Shown piece after piece: positions 35,248-46,329 of a stretch of 64,000 bases of DNA. Origin of the DNA: Camelus ferus (Eukaryota); NCBI RefSeq assembly GCF_009834535.1, contig NC_045704.1:18724001-18788000 (forward strand). The letters are read 5' to 3'. Every line of letters starts with the position of its first letter. Position 1 is the stretch's first letter. Under the pieces are notes generated by a model. That model saw nothing but the letters and a program-made list of their open reading frames with translations, was not told the origin of the DNA and searched no databases. The translations under genes and the position numbers were made by a program.

Positions 35248-36586
35248 ATGGGGCCGAGTGGCGCAGCCGCGGTGGCCATGGGGCTGTGGGTCTTGGTGAC
35301 AGCGGGCGTGGCGGTGGACCCCGGTGTGGAGGCTCCCGGGCGCTGCCTCCTCTCCCAATACCGCTCCCTGGATCCCCGGGCACTGGAGGCAGCCAAGGCC
35401 CTGAGGAACCGCTATGTGAGTGATGCCCACACGCCTCTGTCCCCCGGACCCTGGGCCCCCGGATCCCGAGACGACAACCTTTGTCCCGAGGGGCCCTCTT
35501 GTCCTAGCGTCCAGCAGGCGCATCCTGGATCTCGGGGTCCAGAATTCAGATCACATCTTTCCAGCCGCCCTGGTGGTCAGCTCATACCGGGCCTTAGTGG
35601 CTGTCACAGAGGGGCGCCCCCTTCAGGTGGACTCGGCTCCACGTCCCGGCGCAGGATCCGCACCTGGAGCGCAGGTGCATTTCAGGCCTGCCTCGCGCCT
35701 TCAGAGAGCTCTCTGGTCAGGACACGATGAGCACAACCTTGAGGGCCAGTTCCGATCCACGTGCAGGAATCCGCGAGGATCCCCAGCATCATCCCGGCCC
35801 TTGTCCCGCAGGAGGAAGAGACGCTGAGCTGGAGGCCGCGCAACTGCTCGTTCCACCCGAGGAGGAACCCTCCGCCGCCGTCGGTGAGGCCCGCGGCCGG
35901 CAGGGGCTTGGGGACTTGGGCCCCGAGCGCGGCCCCATCTAACTGCCGCTCGGTCCCCGCAGTCCTGCGCCCGACTCCGCCTGGTGGCCCGCGGCCTCGC
36001 CGACGCCCAGGCCGTGCTGAGCAGCCTGCCGAGCCCGGAGCTGTTCCCCGGCGTCGGCCCGACCCTGGAGCTGCTGACGGCCGCGGGGCGGGACGTGGCG
36101 GCCTGCGTGAGTGCCGGTCCCGCCCTGGCCCCGCACCCCTCCCAGCTCGCTCGGTGTCCCCTAATCCGGGCTTGGGTCTGCGGCTGGGAGGGTGAGGGGC
36201 GGAGCCACCTGGGAGGGAGGCTCCGTTCTTCGCCGTCTTCAAGTTACGTGCGGTTCCCCTCCAGCTCCAGCTGGTCCGGCCAGGCTCCTGGAGGAAGTCC
36301 CCGCGGCCGCCCAGGAGGCGTCACAAAACTCGCAGAGCTGTGAGTGGAGCGGGCGGTCAAGCGGTTAGACCGCAGAGAGGACGGTGTGAGGCTGAGACGG
36401 GCCGGGCGCGCGCCTTGGAGCGGTGACGGAGTGCGGGGGGGGGGGGGCCCTGACTCAGCCCGGCTCTGCCTCCTTCCCGGGTTCCAGGAGTCGCCTCGGT
36501 GTCATGAAGCCAGAGTCATCTTCAACTTCCTGCGCCTGCTCGCGTGGGACCTGCGGCTGGTGGCAAACTCGGGACCTTGTCTGTGA
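35248..36586 (+). CDS. IFNL4: Interferon lambda 4. Exons 35248-35415, 35812-35883, 35963-36106, 36265-36339, 36488-36586. 185 aa.
   Basis: MGPSGAAAVAMGLWVLV...RCLLSQYRSLDPRALEAAKALRNRY / EEETLSWRPRNCSFHPRRNPPPPS / SCARLRLVARGLADAQAVL...AGRDVAAC / LQLVRPGSWRKSPRPPRRRHKTRRA / ESPRCHEARVIFNFLRLLAWDLRLVANSGPCL* matches human IFNL4 exon by exon (exons 2-5: 24, 48, 25 and 32 aa). All introns are phase-0 GT-AG. AATAAA at 37375-37380. Confidence 0.96.
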
Positions 36587-39038
36587 TCCCGCCGCGGCCC
36601 CGCCTGGGACCCGAAGCTGCGAGGTCGCCTGGCTGCGGGCGCCGCCCTCCTCCGCTGCCCCATTGGACCCGGCGGGTCTCTCAGCCTCCACCCGCCTGCG
36701 CTGGTGCCAGAGGCGCCCTTTTCCCAGGGCCAGAACCAGTTCCCCCTGGAAGCCGCTCTATTTCCGTGGGAAGTGTCGCCCTAAGATCTTCCAGGGCCCC
36801 GGGCTGGCAGGAAAAGACTGGATTCCGTGTCGACCTTGGTCGTTGACCACCACGTACCATGGACCAGTTTCTACTTCTGTGGTTACAGAAACCTCCCTGT
36901 CCCTTGACAGGTTCCAACGCCTGCTTTGAACCTTCAGTGCCCGCTTTGACATTCCATGAATATGGGACTGTTGGATCTCTCTGCTGGGGAGACCTCATTC
37001 CATGAGGGACTGGGCAAGAGTCCTTCTGTTAAGTAGTTTTTTGAATTCCGTTACTTTTGCGTGTTTTGTATTTATGAAGTTCCTATGTATATTTGCTCTT
37101 TTGTCTTCTTGGGTTAATTTATCGCCAGTTATTAAATATTATTGCATTTGCATTGGTTGTTTCTCTGTGATCATTTTGAGGGTGACTGTACAGCACAAAA
37201 TGCTGAGAGGGAAATCAGGTGACCTGAGTTTCAGTTCTGCCCCTGACACTTAATTGTGTACCCAGCCTCCGTTTAGTCTTCTATGCCATGATATTATTAC
37301 ACGTCCCTTGCCATGAGTAATACACATTGAAATAGTGCTCGTGAAGCTTCCAGCTGAAGTCACAGAATGATCTTAATAAATGGTCTCCATGAAATAATCA
37401 CACACATAAAAGTGCAAACAATTGTACTTTTTACATTCATCGAGATCTGGGCAGGATGGGTAATCTTTGTGGCCAACTGCAAAGCCTGTTTCCCAAGATC
37501 ACACAGCTAGTGAGGAGCCCCCAAGTCTTCAGCTCTCGATCACATGTTCCTAACCACTCCCTGAGCTTTCTTTCTAAGAAAGACATTATGATGTCTAGGG
37601 ATTTTGAGATAATAAGTTAATTTTCAAAATTCATTCTTGTTTCATTGTCTCCTCCCCTGAGGTAAGGCCTCCTCCAAGTGACAGAAACTGACCAGAACAC
37701 CGGGGGTGACTTGCACATCCCTGCTATTGATTTTAAAACATTTTTGCGTATCAGACCTCAAAGATATTCCCCAACATGGATTTCAGTCTACCCTCTCCCT
37801 GGAATTAAAATGAGGGAAAGAGAGGGTGGGAGTAACAGTCAAAAAGGACTCAGCAACTTCTGTCCAAGAAATCCATCACTTCCAGGTCCAGGAGGTCTCG
37901 CTACAGTCAGGCTGGAGGGTGCAGTGGTTATTGCCTGATGCCAGGCAAAACTCAGTTAAAATCCTGCCCTCACTAGTTATTTGCTGTGTGACCTTGAACA
38001 AGTCTCTTAACCTCTCTGAGTCTCTAAACTTCCATCTGTATTTGACATGTAGGCAAAGCACAGTAAGTCCTTGGTGCTATTGTGGGTATTTAACCACGTT
38101 GTGGCCAAGCCTCTGTGACAGGGTGAGACATACACCAAAAGTGGGGGTGGCGGTGGTGTCTGTTTTCCTTTTGCACTGACTGTTCCCTTTTCGCAGAATG
38201 CTCCCCCTCGGATCTTCACAGAGCTCCCTCCCTCACTTCCTTTAGGTCTTTCCCTAAATGTCATTTCTCAGACACCTCATTTAATGCAAACTTCCTCCCG
38301 CACTCTGCTCTCATCCCTGTTTCATTTTTTCATTTTCTGTTATCTGACGTTCTCTGACACAATACACACCACAAGCCTAACTCCCCGACCTCCACTGTGT
38401 GTTCCTCCTCTCTAGTAAAAAGCTCCATGAAGGATTGTGGTATGTCTTTTTCTTTCTTCAGTGCTCTTGCCCTGGCACCTTGAACAGGGTCTGACCCAAA
38501 GTGGTGGCTGAATAAATATTTGGTGAACGAATGAAGGTGTTTGTCACAAACCAAGCTGGTTCCCTTGAAGGCTTGGTCGGCCCGCAATTCCAGAGCAGAG
38601 CCTCCTGTTCCTGGGTCCTTCTATGCCTGGACAATTAGAGATGTTAGTGCGGGCTCCCCTCCTCCCCCATTCCATCTTTGTCTGTACCAGGTTGCAAAAG
38701 GTGGGGAGGAGCTGGTCTTCTCTCTTAATGGGTGTGTTTTGCCTTCTGACTCTCTCTCCCCACCCCCAGCAGCACCCCCAGATCTTCTCCCATCACCTAA
38801 ACAGCCTCCCACTTGGAAGGTCCAGGTTCTTCCCGGCAACTCCTTCTAGGCGTGCTCTTTCCCTCCACTCCCTGCACTGGGGCATCCTGCAGAAAGGAAT
38901 CCCTCTGTCCCCTCCCCACTCCAGTCCTAGATCTAGCCTGGCCACTGCACAAGGCACCCCCATGTGGGGCTGCAGCTGCCCCAGCCTGGATTTTGTCTTC
39001 AGAACGCACTTTCTTGGAGGTGAGCCCCAATGGATGTC

Positions 39039-39174
39039 AGTTTCTCTTTCACTCAGCTGCTCACCTGGCTCCCAGGCCCCGCCCTGCTCTGGGCTTTCCT
39101 GCCTGGGCCTCCCTGGTGGCCGGTGTCACCCTCTAGCTGTGTTTTCACTTTTCCTACATCAGCTGGGATTGCCC
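39039..39174 (+). promoter_or_regulatory. IFNL3 proximal promoter: ISRE, IRF element and NF-kB-like site
   Basis: AGTTTCTCTTTC at 39039-39050 fits AGTTTCNNTTTC. GTTTTCACTTTTCC at 39141-39154 is the reverse complement of GGAAAAGTGAAAAC (PRDI-like). GGGATTGCCC at 39165-39174 is kB-like. Confidence 0.75.
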
Positions 39175-39400
39175 AGCTGCACAGGCTAAAAGTGGCACCA
39201 TGGAGCTCAGGCAGGAATTAGACCTCAGACGGAGCTGGAAGTTCAGACACTCGGACAGAGCAGCGGGCTGAGGTCCAGAAGAGAAGACTGGGGTCAGAGA
39301 CGTCAAACAAGACTGAGAGATCTCAGGCGACAGCCTCGGAGTGGACACTTGATCCCCCACCTGCTGACAGAGACCAGAGACCAGAGACCTGAGACCAGGA

Positions 39401-40838
39401 ATGAAGCTGGGTGAGCTCCGACATCATTGCCCGGGACCTGAGCCCCACAAAACGCCCTCCCCTCAGTCCCCAGTGACCTACGTCCCCTCACGTTCCTCTC
39501 CTTCCACAACACAGGCATGACCTCGGGCTGCCTGCTGGGGCTGTTGCTGATGACCGCAGCGCTGACCAGGACAGGAGCAGTTCCTGTCCCCTCACCCCTC
39601 AGGGCCCTCCCGGGCACAAGGGGCTGCCACCTGGCCCAGTTCAAGTCTCTGTCCCCACAAGAGCTGCAGGCCTTCAAGAGAGCCAAGGACGCCTTTGTGA
39701 GTGTCCCCCAGCCCCGCCTGCTGTGGGCTCCCCTCCACCCCCGCGCTGTGGGTGCCCGGGCTTCCTCTGCTCAAGGGGGACCTGCTCTCCCTTCACCGGC
39801 CCCTCGCCCTCCCCGCAGAGGGCTGAGCCCTGTCCTCCTGTGGTGGTCGTGCCTCTGCCGTCCTTTGGACCTTCACCTCCCCTCCTCCTGAGGTCGGCCT
39901 CCCTCCAGTCTCACCGGGGTCTCCCCTCGGTCGTGCTGTGGGCTGACCTTGCTCTTGCTCCCTAGGAAGAGTCACTCTTGCAGAAGGACTGGAACTGCAG
40001 CTCGCGCATCTTCCCCAGGACCCGGGACCTGAGGCAGCTGCAGGTGAGTCCGGAGAGTCAGGCCCACCTGCCCTCACCTGGCCCAGATCACCTGACTCTG
40101 CAGGCGGCCCCTCCCCTCCTCCTCCTCCCGCCTCCTCCTCTCTCCGCCCTGCCCACCTGTCCCCGACCCCTTCCCCTCCGCTGACCACATCGGCTGTGCC
40201 TCTCCCCTGACCCTGACCTTCCCCTTCAACTGTCCCTGCCTGTGTCCTCCCCACCTGTCCCTCCTCCCTTGTCCTCTCTCACATGCAGCTCTCCCCTGCC
40301 CCTGTCTCCCCGCCTCAGGTGTGGGAGCGTCCCGTGGCCTTGAAGGCTGAGGTGGCCCTGACCCTGGCCGTCCTGGGGACCATGGCTAACTCATCCCTGG
40401 GCAGCACCCTGGACCAGCCCCTGCACACCCTGGGCCACATCCACTCCCAGCTCCAGGCTTGTGTGAGTGCTCGGGCCACCCGCAGCGTGTCTGGGCTCTG
40501 ACCACCTGAATGTCCCTCTCTGTCCCAGGCCCTTCCTCACCCCCTCACACCCCCCTCCTCTGCCCACAGGTCCCAGCTCAGCCCACAGCAGGCCCCAGGC
40601 CCCGGGACCGCCTCCACCACTGGCTGCACCGGCTCCAGGAGGCCCCGAAGAAGGTGAGTGACCGCGGTGGGGAAACTGATGTCTGGGAGCAGCTGGGCGC
40701 CCAGGCACGGGGACCACTGAGCCATTTCCCCTCCCACAGGAGTCCCAGGACTGCCTCGAGGCCTCTGTCATGTTCAACCTCTTCCGCCTCCTCACCCGGG
40801 ACCTGAAATGTGTCGCCAGCGGACACCTGTGTGTCTGA
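39401..40838 (+). CDS. IFNL3: Interferon lambda 3. Coding exons 39401-39410 (MKLG mini-exon), 39515-39696, 39966-40043, 40319-40462, 40570-40653, 40740-40838. 198 aa, or 194 aa from the ATG at 39517.
   Basis: Canonical IFN-lambda exon translations with signal peptide and six mature cysteines. GT-AG introns, TGA at 40836-40838, ATTTA pentamers at 40915 and 40944, AATAAA at 40976-40981. Lies next to IFNL4 and on the SYCN side of the cluster, as human IFNL3 does. Confidence 0.96.
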
Positions 40839-41769
40839 GCCTGAGATCTACCTGCAACCTGTTCCAGCATCTTACATGTTATTTGTGTATTGATGCATCA
40901 GAACCATTTTCTTAATTTATTGCCTGCAAGTCACTATTTTTGTATTTATGTGTATGAATTCTCAAACTCAGACCCAATAAAATGTTTATTTTTCTACTTT
41001 TTGTAAAAATTTTGCAAATAAACAATGAGGAAAAGATGCTCTTTGTGGTCTGCGACTGCGTGTGTGAGGATTGGTCTACTTTTGCTGCCCTAACAAATTG
41101 TCCCAAACTGAGCATCTCAACACAAGTTGAATTCCTTCTCTCACGTTTCCACAGGGCAGTGATCGGGTGAGCTCACCTGGTTCCCCTGCTGTGGGTCTCA
41201 CAAGGCTGAGTCATACTGTGGCCAACTGGGTTGTTTTGGAGGCTTTGTAAACCCATCTAAGTTGTTGGCCGAATTCTGCTCCTTGCGGTTGTCAGGCGCC
41301 TTGTCCCATTTCCTTGCTGGCTGTGAAGACCTGTCCTTAGCTCTTGGCTACCTCTTTCTGGTCCCAGTAAGTGGACCTTCTACCTCAGAGCCCGCGATGG
41401 TGGGTCAAGTCCTCTTCATGCCTGGTATCCCTCCCACGTCTTCTTCTGTCACATTTCTGCCCTCAGCTTGAGAAAGTTCTGTACTTTTAAGAACTCATGT
41501 GTTCAGATTGGGCCTTCTCAAGCAACCCAGGTTAATGCCTCTATTTTAAAGTCAATAAACCTTAATTACATCAGCACTGTCTCTTTGGTGTGTACAAGAT
41601 ATTTATAACTTCTAGGGATGGTGTGGGTATCTTTGTTGGGTTATTATTCAGCCAAGCACAGTATGTGTGTGATGGTGTCACTAGAGTGCATTCTGTTACA
41701 AGTAAAGTAATAGTAAGTAAAAATGCCTTAATAATGAGAACATTTATTATTGTACAGAAGTCTTGAGGA

Positions 41770-41903
41770 GGGAGGGTATAGCTCAGTGGTAGAGTGGGTG
41801 CCTAGCATGCATGAGGTCCTGGGTTCAATCTCCCATCACTCTATTAAAATAAACAAGCAAACAAACAAATCTGATTACCTCCCCCCACAAGAAAGTAAAA
41901 AAT
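41770..41903 (+). mobile_element. Vic-1-like SINE at the outer edge of the duplicated region
   Basis: GGGAGGGTATAGCTCAGTGGTAGAG...GGTCCTGGGTTCAATC head plus A-rich tail. Confidence 0.85.
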
Positions 41904-42819
41904 AAGAATTCTGAAACAGCGGGGTCTATTTTAGCTGAACTGTCCAGTAGGGTCCCCAGATCACACGTAGCTATTTTGCAGGTGAAATGTAACTAGTGGG
42001 AGCCAAGCTGTGCTCTAAGTATAAAATATCCTCCAGAATTTAATGCCTTTTAATTTTTCTTATTTTATTTTTTCAGATGGTGCCTGCCAAGTTTCTCCAC
42101 TGTGCAGTTTCTAGTTTTCTCTTTGTAATAAACAAGGATGTGGAGAGTCTTTGTAACCATGTTAATTCCTGTGACTTCTCAAACTCTGACCCAGTCTTTT
42201 TAGCATCTATTGATGGCTTTGCCTTCCTGGAACATTATGACAGCCACCCCGTAGTAAGCCTCTACCTTCATCCATCTTTCTACATTCCTTAGCAGACATT
42301 CTACTCTTAAGAGGAGGTTTCCTCCCCTCCCTCATGTGTACTTACCAATGGATTTATATCAATATGGACTCATGAATTCTTTTTTTTTCAATGGATTGTA
42401 ATTCTTTACTATCATTTACTGTGATGCTCAGTTTGTCCCAGATGAGGCCAGTGAGAACCCTTTCCAGAGAGCTCATGTCCTTTTGATGTATTTCCCTCAT
42501 TTTTGGGTACTTCTTCACCTTCTGGAATCAGATTTCCAGGCTCATTTTGTAATTTTCCTGTCCCTTCTCTATAACCAGCTATTTCTCCATAGAGCTGTGA
42601 TTCTTTTTAGTGGAGAACAGTATTTGGAAACCAAGATTTGGGTGCTAGGTGGGCTGATTGCTGCAAGGATCTCATTGCCTCTACCCTCTCAGTGGACAGA
42701 GCTTGAGAATAGATGTTTGTATGTATAGAATTTTTATTTTCTGTAAAAAAGTAAAATTGCATTAATAATTTGTATATTGATTGTAAGTCAAAATGATATT
42801 TGGATCTATTATGTAAAAT

Positions 42820-43390
42820 AAAGCTTAGAGATACTGGGAGTTTGTTTCCAGACCACCATAATAACTGGAGTATCAACAAATTGAGTCACACAATTTTTTG
42901 GTTTCTCAGTGCATGTCTAAGTTACGTTAACACTCTACCACAGTCTATTAAGTGTGAAATAGCATTATATTTTAAAAAGTACATAACTTAATTAAAAAAT
43001 AGGTTATTATTAAAAATAAAAATAAATCAATTATTGTTTTTTTTTCCCCTTAAGGGAGGCACTGGGGATGGAACCCAGGACGTCGTGCATGCCAAGCATG
43101 CACTCTCCCACTGAGCTATACTCCCAGCCCCCCAAAATAGGTTATTGTTAAAAAATACTAACCATCATCAGAGCCTTCAGCAAGTCATTATCTTTTTGCT
43201 GGTAGACAGTTTGAAATATTGCAAGAATCACCAGATTATGACCCAGAGACATAAGGTGAGTGATTGCCGTTGAAAAAATGACACTGGTGAGACCTACTCA
43301 AGACAGGGTTGACACAACCCTTCAATTTGCATAATAAGTGATATCTGTGATGTGCACTAAGGCACAATAAAATGAAGTGTGCTTGTATTT
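42820..43390 (+). mobile_element. Tigger2-like (TcMar) non-autonomous element containing a Vic-1-like SINE (43021-43133, - strand)
   Basis: TTCCAGACCACC...GAGTCACACAATTTTTTGGTTTC Tigger2-like start; the SINE is flanked by an AAAATAGGTTATT duplication. Confidence 0.7.
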
Positions 43391-46329
43391 AAAATTAATT
43401 TCGTATATTTTTAAAACTTTTAAAAGGTGGCTACCAGAAATGTAAAAACTATATATGTGGTTCACATAATATTTATATTGAATAGTGCTGGTTTAGACAG
43501 CGTGATGTCATAGAGAATCTAGGCTCTTTCCCTCTGGCTGCTCCTCCATTCTCAATGTATCAGTATTCTCTCCTTGTAAGAGCGTAAGATGGCTGCTTCA
43601 GCTCCAGCCATCACACAATCACACAATTTTCAACAAAGCAGGAGTGGCAGAGACTCCAGCTAGTTGTCTCTGTACCTATTCTAAACATGCATCTTGGCCA
43701 TCCTAAGTAACTGTGGGCTGCTTCTGAACCTCCTTTCTGGTGGGAATGGAAATACTGCATTCGCCTGATCGAGGGCTGCATCTCACATATCAAGGCTGTG
43801 TTAATCCTCTCTGGAAGACATACCCTGTCCAGCAGAGCAGCTGCAATTTAGGCTATTACTTGGTTAAGTTCACACATCTACCATCATCTACCAGGATCCA
43901 GATGGTTTTTGAAAGGGTCAGATGGGTGAATTAAATGAGAATATGATACAAACAACCACTCTGGCATCCTTCATGTCTTTGTGAATGGCACTAATCTCTG
44001 CCATCACCCTTGGGATGTGATGATTTAAAAAAAAATTATGATGGCCAGGATGGGAAGGGGCCAGTTCATGGGCCAGAGCTGAGTCAGGACTCCATTCATT
44101 ATCTGCCTCCATAATGTTGTCCCCCTCCCCCCACTCCCCCACTGCCTCTAACCGAAGGGCGAGAATGGCTCTCTGTGTCCTCAGCATCAACATTAATTCA
44201 GATCCTGTGTCCAACAGTTACCAAAGGTCCGAGTTTTCTCCTTTTGCCAGTGTGCTGTTAACCAAGGAAATTGCCACTGGCACCAGTCTGCCCATTAAAT
44301 GTTCTACAACAGGGTCTCTGAGGAGAAAAGCTCTAATTTGTAGCATTTGAAAATTTCTGTGGTGCTAACACAACCACCATGGCTGATATCAAGCTGCCAA
44401 CATGATGTCACTGAGCACGGAGTTTGGAAGAGATGCGTAACAGAACATTACATAGTATTTCTATATAGATGTAATACACAATGTTTTACTTTCATGGGGC
44501 TGTCATAACAAAGTACTTCANNNNNNNNNNNNNNNNNNNNNNNNNNNNNNNNNNNNNNNNNNNNNNNNNNNNNNNNNNNNNNNNNNNNNNNNNNNNNNNN
44601 NNNNNNNNNNNNNNNNNNNNNNNNNNNNNNNNNNNNNNNNNNNNNNNNNNNNCCAGTTTCCCGTGTTTGCCAGGGGTCCTTGGTATTTCATGAATGCATC
44701 ACTCCAGCCTCTCCCTCACTTGTCACTCCACTGGCTTCTCCTTCTGTGTCTCTCCCGCTGTGGGTCTTCTCTCTATACGGACCCCAGTGATACTGGATTA
44801 GGGCCGCCTTAATGACCTCATCTTAAGTAATTCCATCTGCAATGATCCTGTTTCCAAATAAGGTCACATCTTCAGTCCTGGGGGTTAGGACTTCACGATA
44901 TCTTTTTGGGTGGACACAACTCAACTCAGAAATAATCTCCAGAGCATAGATAATATAAAAAGGGGTAAAACGATCAGGAAGTGATTGATGAGTATTTGAC
45001 TTTTGGTTTAATATAATTTTTAATTGTAAGTTTATATAATTTTAAATTGTAATGGCTTTATTTAACAGTCAACTTACAAAATTCCTGCAAATTGAACACT
45101 CAGTTAAGGCAAGTCCGGTGCAAGCCAGCTCCAGCTCGCCCTGGGTCACTGGGAAAGGATGTGGGAAATCGCTAATAACACACTGGCAGCGGCATTACAG
45201 CTCCGTCCTCATAGGGACCTGGCCTCCCCTGAAGTCTGGGATTTGAAAATTGACTCTGATCTGGAAACCGGGTAAGGGACCATGATTTTCTATGAGAGTG
45301 TCTGCCCTTAGCCTCCAGAGCATTCACCCTCAATTTCTTTTGATTACGTAAATGAAGACATGTTCTTCTTGACTGCTATATATCTTGCCTCTTGGAGACT
45401 TGTGTTTTACTAACCATTTCCATCGCTCTGTGGGCGTCGGGTCCACTGGCTGCTGATCCAGCCTTGCCCCTCATTGCAATGACTGTGTCCAGCTTGCTTC
45501 TGAAGTTTGTGTCACCACCTTGCTTCTATGATTTAGGGATCTTACCACCACCATCGTTATCAGGGAGACCAGTTTGTAAAAACTTACCCCGCCCCAACCA
45601 GCCCAGGCCCATGGAGGGAGCCACCTCTGACTTCCCTGAAGATGCTGGTTCACTCTTGCTGGGACGCTAGGGATGCACCTCTTTCATCCCGGAAAACAAT
45701 GTCATTCATGCAGCACCTGCCATGGACCATGCAGCCTGTACGTGACTGTGGCCCTCTGAGTGTGTGTGGATGGTCACGGGGAGAGGGAAGAGAAGGAGAG
45801 GGAAAGAATATGAAAGAAAGAATGAATGAGGAGTGAAAGGCTCATTAAGGATGTTTTCAGCTATAAGCAATGGAATATTTCATTGTAAGTGACTTAAACA
45901 CCACAAGCAATCATTACACCAAGTAATAAGATATCCAAAGGAGGCTTTTTGGCTGGATCAAATCAGTGGGACAATGGCTCTATCATGGACCTAGGGTCTG
46001 TATCTGTGAAGATTCTTAGGGATGTGGGTCAAACTTGTGTTTGTGGTTCATTCACTCAACCCTCCCGTGGTTCTAAACCTGGGATGACTATTGTCAGGGT
46101 AGAGATTGGCTGGGAGAGATTTGTCACCAAAAAGTCATTAAGTTCTACTGTGGGCATTGTTCTATGTAGACAATTATATCATCTGCATATAATTTTATTT
46201 CTTCTCTTCTGATCTCTGTAACCTCTAAAAATCATAATACAATAAAATAAAAAGAAAGGAAATGTTCCTTACAAGCCTCAACACTAGAAGAGGTAACTAG
46301 CTTTTGTGTGTATTGTCTCCACTTCACAC

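Larger units (their letters stand above)
34881..41215. repeat. Right arm of the inverted repeat (IFNL4 + IFNL3 cassette)
   Basis: Mirror of 21597-27934. Near-identity ends abruptly at GCAT (34881) and at TCATA (41215). Confidence 0.97.

Noticed and set aside
36700-36720. CTCF motif in the IFNL4 3' UTR (TGCCAGAGGCGCCC)
   Set aside because: It lacks a core base and fits the consensus poorly.
21597-41215. The palindrome as a pure assembly artefact
   Set aside because: Diverged homologous flanks on both sides, scattered arm differences and the same inverted layout in human argue that it is real. The exact arm identity could still be inflated by consensus collapse.
41770-41850. tRNA genes
   Set aside because: The A- and B-box heads are followed by A-rich tails and TSDs and are dispersed in many diverged copies, so they are SINEs.
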